This document shows positions 15,001 through 24,000 of a stretch of DNA of 64,000 nt, piece by piece. The stretch spans positions 12,218 to 76,217 of the forward strand of contig CAZQEY010000003.1 of NCBI GenBank assembly GCA_964592485.1. The letters are read 5' to 3'. The DNA is from an uncultured Planctomycetales bacterium. Lineage in GTDB: Bacteria; Omnitrophota; Gorgyraeia; Gygaellales; JAHJCI01. Made by a program: the position numbers and the translations under genes. Within the stretch, counting starts at the first letter, position 1, and the number at the start of each line of letters is the position of its first letter. Below the pieces are notes generated by a model. That model searched no databases. It had not been told where the DNA came from and worked only from the letters and a program-made list of their open reading frames with translations.

Positions 15001-18000
15001 ACCTATAATGAACAAAAGGCAAACGAGGTATTACTTAAATATGGATTTGATGTACGGATTAATACCGAGTCTCACCCACTGCCTAAAGATATTAGTGACA
15101 TTAATCCATTACTTAGGGAACAAATGCCTTCATATCATAAATACCTTGTTGTTAAAATTGCTGGTTATGACTTTGTTATTGATTTAACCGCCGACCAATT
15201 TGAGCCGATTAAAAAAGATGTATACCGCAATTTGGGAGTAGTGGTCATTCCATACAGTATTGTTCTAAATAATTCTGAGAGATTCTGGATGTATCTTGGT
15301 GGGGTGCATAATCATGTAGAATGGAATCAAGGAAAGGATTTCTCACTTCCTGACTCAGCAGAGGCACACTTTAACAAAAATAGTAGAGGAAAGAAGCAAA
15401 ATAAATTTAGTTTGACAAAACCAGTTGGAATAGATTCCTTGAGAGAAAGATTAAGAAAAAGATTGGAGAACGATTCGCTATACTTATTGACCGGCGATAT
15501 GGCAGAATGGGGAAGAGAAGAATTCGAAAAAGTCGAGAAGATGAGCAAAGAAGAAATTCTTAACGAGGCTACCCGGCTAGTAAGAGAGATGGGGTACCTT
15601 GACTTTGATGCTTCTCAGATGCTTAAGCATAAAGCGGGCGTTCAATTACTATGGGATGATATCCTTGCTCAATCTATATTCGCGCTGGATTCCTTGGGTG
15701 AATTATACCAGAGGGAAGAGGCAGGGGTGTCTGATGAAACAAGGGGAAAAATAGAAACAACCACTAAACGGTCAGTATATAGACATGAAATCTTAATCAG
15801 GGCCTGGAATATTGTTATTGAGTCGCAAGATACTAATATATCTAAAGGTGAAGGGGTGCTTAGTTTAGAGCTCCATGATGAGGTTAATGAGGTTGTTAGA
15901 ACAGCTTGGAATGAGAAAGAAGGCAGAATTGCTTGGGGAGAGAGTACTGATTGGCCAAAGGCAGAGGAGGATGGGATTGCTAAGGCAAATGGGGCTGTTG
16001 CAATTTTAAAGGAGAAAGATATAAAAGTAAAACTGCCTAATAAACTGGGTAAGCTAAAATTAGCAGAAGAAATAGAGACAGAAGAGGCAGGGAAGAAAAT
16101 CAATGTTATTTTTATTATAACACCTGACCAATCTGCTGCGCTTATCTTGAAGGGGCCCTATACCTATCAAGTCTCCCACGCAGGAGTGAGGTACAGTTCC
16201 ATCTACATCGCTCAGCCATTTTATAAAGAACTTACTGAGAATGAGCTCGCTGGTCTCATCGGCCGCGAAATAATAGAGCAATCTGCCAAGAGAATTGCCC
16301 GAGAAAAAGGCATTCCTTGGAGTGATTCTCTTGCCAAGGCAGTAGAGAAAGCGGCTCAAAAAGCGGAGATTAAACTTTGTGGCAGGAGTGTCAATAGTAG
16401 AGAAAGAAGTCGAATAGACGATAAGATAGATACAATAGTCCGCTTGCCTTCACTTAGGGTATTGGCTGAGAAGGCCAAGATGCAGGAACCAGAGAAGATT
16501 CAACCTATTCTATTTATGGCTCTAAGGGATAGGTCTCCTCTGTTGCGTGATGAGGCAAGACGGATTTTAACTGAGATATTTGGTATGGAGGAGAAAGACC
16601 TCAGGTTAGTAGAATACAGGAAATTGTTAAGACCTATGGACCTCAATATCTACTTTAATCTTAGATATAGCGATGGTGGCAGCGGTCTTAAGGCAGGAAA
16701 ATATTTTAAAGAACCCAAGTTTAAAGGACTGGCATTAGTTATTCCTATGGGAGGCCGTAAGCCCCTCAGGCCAGATACTGGAGAACGCGCTATTTTAGTA
16801 GCAGAGAAGGAAGTAACGATAGGTGGGCGCAGGCTAAAGGCAAGGGTTTATAATTTTGTTTACCGATATAGTGATTCGGTAATTAATACGCCTTTCATTC
16901 CTCCGCAGGGGTCTCACCTGTGGGACGCCGAGCATGCGACAGTATTCACTGATGAGAACGAACAAATCGTGAAGGTAGAAACTGGTTATCACAACAGTTT
17001 CTACCTCTATTATCCAAAGGCTCTCCAGTTCGATGCTCAGGGCAGACTCTTGGTCTTTAGTGCCGCGGGTTCTCAGGGCTCGGTAGCAAATACGCGGGAT
17101 TTTATTTTTGACCTTGATAGCGCCAGAAGTAACTTCCGGAACCCCCAAGTTTTCTGCAGCGAAGATTATGCAGTGAGTTTAGGAGAAATCGACTTCTCTC
17201 TGGCTTCTGATGATGGGAGGCATTTTACCAATACCGATATTCTCCTGCCGCCATTCAAAGAGTATGTCCTTAATCCGGAATCGATAAAACCCACGGCTGA
17301 ATTTAAGAGACTAAGGAGAGCGACGATAAAAAAATGGATTCTCATTTTGCGTGCTTCTCTGGATTCCCTGCTGCGTCCATTAAGGTCCCTTGCGAAAAAG
17401 TTTTCTGGGCAGGGGGCTGAGGGTGAGAGAAAGCTCCAGGAGCAAGTCCTGAAGGCATTAAGAAAGGAGAGCAAAAAGGCAACAGGAACAGAAATGTTAA
17501 GCCTGTCAGAAATTGCAAGCAGGGCAGGTATCTTGGGTTACAAGCCTGTTGAGCGAGTTAGGGAGGCTGTAAGGGCCCTTATGTCTGAAGGGTTGGTTAT
17601 AGAGGTAAAGGTAGGCGGAAAGAAGGGATATTATCTCAAAGGAGCTAAGAAGCTCATTCCCTTAAAAGGCTCAATAGCAGAGTATATATTGCTTTTGTGG
17701 AAGTTCAGAGACGAGCTGAAAGGTAGGGCAATCTTGCAATCTGAGCGAGAGAATAATATTATTGGCGATAAGGTAATAAGTTATGAGACCGCCAAACAAC
17801 TAAAAAGAGCCTTGCAGTTATTGGATTTGCTTGATGAGAAGAATAAAATCACCGCTAAACTCCTGAGCATTACCGAAGAACAAATAAGACAAATCCCCAG
17901 TATCGATGAATTAAATAGGTCGCCTCTAAGAATAATCAACTTAAAAAAGCATAAAAACTCATTTGATAAACTTACCCAGCGTATTGATGAGCTATTAGGA

Positions 18001-21000
18001 GCGGATAGCAATCTTTCAGAAACAGCAGAATCAGATGCTCAATTAAAGAAGATTGCCGAGGCAAAACCCTTTTATATCTTTTATAAAGATGGCAGGTTCC
18101 ATCTCGAAAAGTTAAATCTGCCAAGCTGGAGGCGCGATAAAGATTATATAGAACAAGGGGAAGACCTTTTAGGTCGCCCTTTTGGCTTAAGAGGCATTGC
18201 CGATTTCACTAACGCATTTTTTAAGGAAAATGTAGAGCCATTTTTAAAAGAACATACTCTTCCTCCCTTGGGGGATTATTTAAAAGGAGAGGATGTGTTA
18301 ATCCTTGGCAGCGGCGCCAATATATACGAAGTCCTTTACTTTGCAGAGAACTTCCCGATGATAAGGAAAATAGTGGTTTGCGACTGGAGTAAAAGAGGTA
18401 TTGCAGGCCTCTATCACCTTTTATCTGGGTATCCGGCGGAATTCAAGGAGAAGGTCGAACTTTATTGCATAGATATTAAGAATACACCCTTTCCTTCGGG
18501 AAGGTTTAATCTAGCCTTCGCCGATAATACCCTTAGTCGTGATTTTCAATCAGCGGAAGCACGCAGCGAGATGATTAGAGAGATCTCTAGGATATTGAAG
18601 CCCGGGGCCATATTCTCCCCATGGGCAGTTTTACCTCCGTATAATATTGAAGCCTTATGTCAGGAAAATGGCATTGACCTTGTTAAGGTAGATGAAAAAA
18701 GCGGAGATTTTGTTGGTATAAAGGCAGATATGAATATGAATAGGGCTGCGAAGAATGTCTCCCGCAAATGGCCGCAGAGGGTTCCGGAGAAAAGGAGAAG
18801 TAAATATGTTAACCAGCCTGCTTATGAATATAGAGTGGTAGATGGCTCTAGATTGCAAAGACCAATACAAGATGAATCAATAAATCTGTCTCAGAAAGGG
18901 CTTAGAATAAGAGAAGACATTTTAAAAAGATTCTTAGAGTTAATAACCAGAATTGCTTATCCTAATGCTCCTCCGTTTACCTTAAGCATTGACCCCTCAA
19001 TTCCTACCTATGCTCAAACAGAAATAGAAAATAGAAAGGTTATTCTACACCCTGCGTGGTTTGAATTACCCACTTTCAAACAATTCATAATTCTCTATCA
19101 TGAAATAATCAGCCATCTTAAAAAACAGATATCTTCAGAATTCCTCGCCCTCATCCATACATTCTTAAGCTTGATTCCTTTTGGGATACTCAGGTTAGCA
19201 ATCCAGATGATGAGCGTGAGGAAAAAGGAAGAAGTTACCGATTATGAATTGACTAAGATTACTGCAAGAGCAGATGAGGCCGCAAAGTTTATTATCGACC
19301 ATAATTTTATGAGTCTTAATAAGGTAAGATATCTTCTGGCAATAGGAGCAATGTTGCCAAAAAATAATCAAAAGAGAAGGTGTCTATATATTGCCTCGGG
19401 AGGAGATTACTCAACAAGTCAAATAGTATCCAAAGCTATAGAAACTATTTGTATAGATAGGCTTCCTTTTGAACCATCAGAAGGGTTATCTGAAAGAAAA
19501 TTAAATTCCTATAGAAAAGCATATCTGAAGAAAAGATATTATGGAAACTTTGCTTCTTCAAAACGAGGCGCCAGAAGTTCATTATTAAGAGAGATAGGAG
19601 CTAAGCAATATTTACTCTGGGAGCTCGAAATGATGGGCGCAAGAGAAATTGTAGTAGTATCTGATACTGATACTAAGATAAATAGAATCAGTTTCCTGCT
19701 TCCCGGAGAATCAATAGAAAAAAGCATTATTTATCTTGAGAAGGACTTCTGCGACATAGAGGCAAATCCGCAGACATTAATTGCCCTTATTCAGAAAGGA
19801 TTGGATTCCTGCATTTTGAAAGCCTCTGACGGATTACGCATATCCGGTCCAATTGCCGATATGATAGTTACTCACATGAATCCAGGAGGAATGTTCTTCT
19901 TGGATAGAGCTACTTTTGACCATCCTAATCTTGAAGAAATAGACGAGAGAAGAATGAAGGAGATTAGGTATTTTGAAGGTATGGGTTATGCCTTTGGGTA
20001 CCATAAAATTTCCTTAAAAGTTGCTAATCGCTCTAAGGATGCGGACAGCAGTCCTTCAGAGGTAGGAGAGTCAGATGCTCAATTAAAGAAGATTCCCGAG
20101 GCAAAATCCTTTGGCGGGATATCACCGCTAAGACAAAGACAGTCAGAAGTTGCGCAGCAGAGCAAGAACGATTCAAAGCGTAACTTCTGGAGAATAGTTA
20201 AGAAATTACTGCCTTTCATTCTGTTGCTCCCGATTATGCCTGGTTTAATGGTAAATACTTCAGGCGCAGAAGAATCTAATTCAGTTCTAAAAGACAGTTC
20301 TGAACTGGCAAGATCAGCAGACAAGCTAGCCAAATTGCTTTATGAGTTAACCGGTATAGAAAAGGCCATCTGGCAAAGGGCATTGAGAAAATTTACCATT
20401 GAAGAGATTACTCTGTTAAGCAGGAGGATTAATTCTCACGGCCTATTTAATTCTTTATTAATCCTTTTCTGTTTGGATAATTATATCAATGAAGAAAAAT
20501 ATGAAACAGAGGAAAATGAATCTGTAGGGGCTTTGGTGCTGGTGTTAAATTATTTCACAGAAAAGGATATTGAAAAATTTATTCTTGAGAAAGAGCATAG
20601 AGAAGATTTTGAACAGGTTAAGCGCTTATATATATGGGATCAATGGGAAAGGATAATAAGCGGAAGATACAGTGAACAATATACCTCTGATGAAATTGCT
20701 AGGGAGAGTGGAGTAAGGCAGGATATTATCAAGCGTTATAGAGATTTAATTCGAAGGCATATTTTGCGGATGCAGAAATTTGATTGGGCTGTTGGCTGCA
20801 GGGAACGCATTCGCGCCGAGGGCAGACTTAGAGGATGGAATGAAGAGCAACTGCGAACAGAATTAGGGATTATCCATAAGGGGGTTACCGGCTGGACAGG
20901 CAGAAGGATTTGGCCTGTTTACGTTAAAAGAGCTGCTGAGATATTTGGGAAAGAAGTCAGCTTCTTAATGTACGGGGAAGCAAAATCAGTTTTATTCAAG

Positions 21001-24000
21001 GGATTACCCTTTAATAAGCGGTTTGAGCTATTAAGATACGAAAAGGGTTTAACCCGCGAGGAGTTAGCAGGACAACTTGAGATTGCTACTGATAAAGTAA
21101 TCTCTTGGGAAAGCGCAAAAAGCAAGCTTAGCCTTGAAAGCATACGCTTATTATCAGAGAAATTCAATTTAGAAGTCAGCGAGCTTATCTATGGTTTAAA
21201 GCGAGCCGAGGCATTAAAGATATTTCCACTTGGCAAGCGCATCCAGCTGTTAAGGCTTGAGAAGGGATGGACCATAGAAGAGCTGGCAGTCAGATGCGGG
21301 GTTAGTCCCTCAACAGTGAATCGCTGGGAACGGGGGCCACGAGAGCCTCTTCCTGAAAATATACAGGCCCTAATAGGAGCTTTAGGGGATGAACTTTTTG
21401 GTAGAGAATTGAATAAATCTAAAAAGAGGAAGGAGGCTACTTTACCGCAAAGAAGAGACGGGTTGAATCGAAAAAATACAAAGAAAAGGATAATCCTTAC
21501 CAACATAAAGATAGGAGTTGTCAAAGAGATTATTGAGGGTGAAAAGAGGGTGGCTCTTACGCCAAGAGAAGTAGAGATTCTGGTAGGAGAGGGTTTTGAT
21601 GTTACTGTTGAGGCTGGAGCAGGTCAGGCTTGCGATTTTTCCGATGAGGACTATTTAAAGGCCGGCGCTAAGATAGGGACAAAAGATGATGTATGGAGCA
21701 AGGATTTAATTGTTAAGGTAAAGGAACCGCAAGAAGAAGAGATGCAGTTTATCAAGAATGGCCAGATTATATTTGCTTTCTTGCATCTGGCAGCGCCGGT
21801 AAACAGAATCTTAACCGAGACTTTCATGAAAAAGGGAGCAACTGCAGTCGCCTTTGAGACTATAGTAAAAGAAGAGAAAGCGCCGATTTTGGCAGAGATG
21901 AGCAAGATTGCTGGGCCCCTGGCAGCAGAGCAAGGGCAGTTTTATTCCAAGAAGGAAAAGAGCAAATTCATAATCTTAGGCGGCGGGGTAGTGGGTCAGA
22001 ATGCAGCTGAACGAGCCAATCAATTAGGTAATGAGGTAATTATCATTGAACTGGATGCGCAAAGAAGAAAGGAACTCAGGAGCTATTTCCGGTCAAAAAG
22101 GCTCAATATTATTGTTAAGGAATCTTGGGCTGATGCGAAGAAAATTGCGCAAGACTTATTCAGGGACTTACAGAATGCAGATGTGATTATCGGAGCGGTT
22201 TATAATAAACAAGGTTCTCAGGCGCCGATTTTAATTGATGAGGAACTTCTTTCAAGGCTAGGTGGAAGTAAGGTAATCGTTGATGTCTCGGTGGACCAGG
22301 GCGGGAATATTTATGGCTCAAGGCCAACCACTCTTGAGGAGCCGACCTTTATCGATAAATATGGAAATATACGCTTCTGTGTCCGTGATATACCATCTTT
22401 GAAGGCAAAAGAGGCTTCGATTGGTTTAGCGGCAGCTGTTCTTCCTTATGTTAAGGCTCTGGCAGCCACAGGATTAGAGGAGGCAGTTAAGGATTATCCT
22501 GAATTAACCGAGGGGATTAACATTCTTCAAGGCAAACTACTTAACAGGGCTGTTGCCAAAGCACATAATTTTAGCGAGCAACTAAATTTGGATCTTGAGG
22601 GGTTTGGGCTTGACTTGCGGATAAAGATTGGCACAAGCCAGGATTTAAGATGGGATGCCAAGTTAGATTTAATCAGAGATTATCAGCACCTGGAAAATCT
22701 TATCCTGGACCCGGCAAAAAGGATTTTCTGGGTAGATGACCATCAGTTTTCAGCCCTTGGTGCCTGGCTGGCGCTGAGATTGGGTTGGATTAAAAAGAAA
22801 AGCAAGGCGATTATTATTGATTCGCATTGGGATGTTAAGAATCCAGACTTTAAACCAAAGAAAGATGCCTCATTAGAATACTTAAGCGATTATGTAAAAC
22901 GGTTAAATATCAATAATTGGCTGATGCCTTTAGTTTATGACGGAGTAATTGATGAGCGAGAGATTTATATAATTGATAACAGGGTTTCGGAAGAGCCACT
23001 AACCCAGACTTTTAAATATTTTGATAAGGATATCAATATTCACATGTTTAATCTCGCTAATTTCCCAATGGAATTATTAAAAGACACACCGCAGGATCAA
23101 TTGATGTTATTGATTGACGCTGATAAAAATACACCTGATTATTACCTGGACCAACTTTCCCCCTTGGTAGATTCACCGGTTGAATTTGCTTCTAAAATGA
23201 GGCCCTTTATGGAAAAGGCTGGTTTTATGAGTCTATCCCTAAGTCCTTATTGGATTAACCCCGTAGATGCCTTGAATTTCGCCTATGCTTTAGATGGAAG
23301 AGAAGACTTATTGCTTGAGGATGAGGCACGCTTGAAAGAATATAAACGCATTGGTTACAGCCCTCATATAAAGATGGATTGGGCTACCCATGGGATGTTG
23401 GAACAACCCGATGCGTTTCGGCTAATTGTTTCCCGGTTCGGTATAGGTTCACTTTCTAGATATGGATTGAGGAGATTGAAAAAGCTTTCCAGGGTCAAAG
23501 GGATAGGGAGGATACCGCGATTCGAACTATGGGCATACTTAGATTGGTATACGCCGGAGGAGATAGGCGTGGTACTTAAGAACTATGGACCCGAAGGGCT
23601 AATTAAATATTTTACTGCCCAGGATAAGAAGTCGTATCAAGTCTGGGAAAACCCATTTTATAACCCGGAAGATTTCACTCTTGTTGCTCAACCAGGTGTG
23701 GCATCGTCATTCCCCGCCCTTGCCAGATTGGTGAGACAATATCGAGCAACCAAGGCACTCCAACCAGAGGAGATTAGCCCGGAGCAGATTATCTCTGGAC
23801 ATAGGGGTAGGCAATATCGGGTATTTTCTAAGCTTAGAGATGAATCAGAGAGGGGGGCTAACAGTGATATTTATTTGGCCGTGGATTTAAAAACCAACAG
23901 AACAGTTATCGTGAAGGAAACAAAACCGAAGTTTAAGGGTAGAGGGATTCGTAGTGAGCGCTGGATAGCGGATGAACGGCGAGCCCTGCATAGGAATAGG

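Noticed and set aside
15669-16103. 144-aa minus-strand ORF (and ~25 other 60-110 aa minus-strand or alternate-frame ORFs between 311 and 24718)
   Set aside because: All lie antisense or out of frame within the 24.5 kb giant ORF. They are Ser/Leu/Phe-rich low-complexity translations typical of the reverse complement of a purine-rich coding strand, and none has an SD or recognisable motif.
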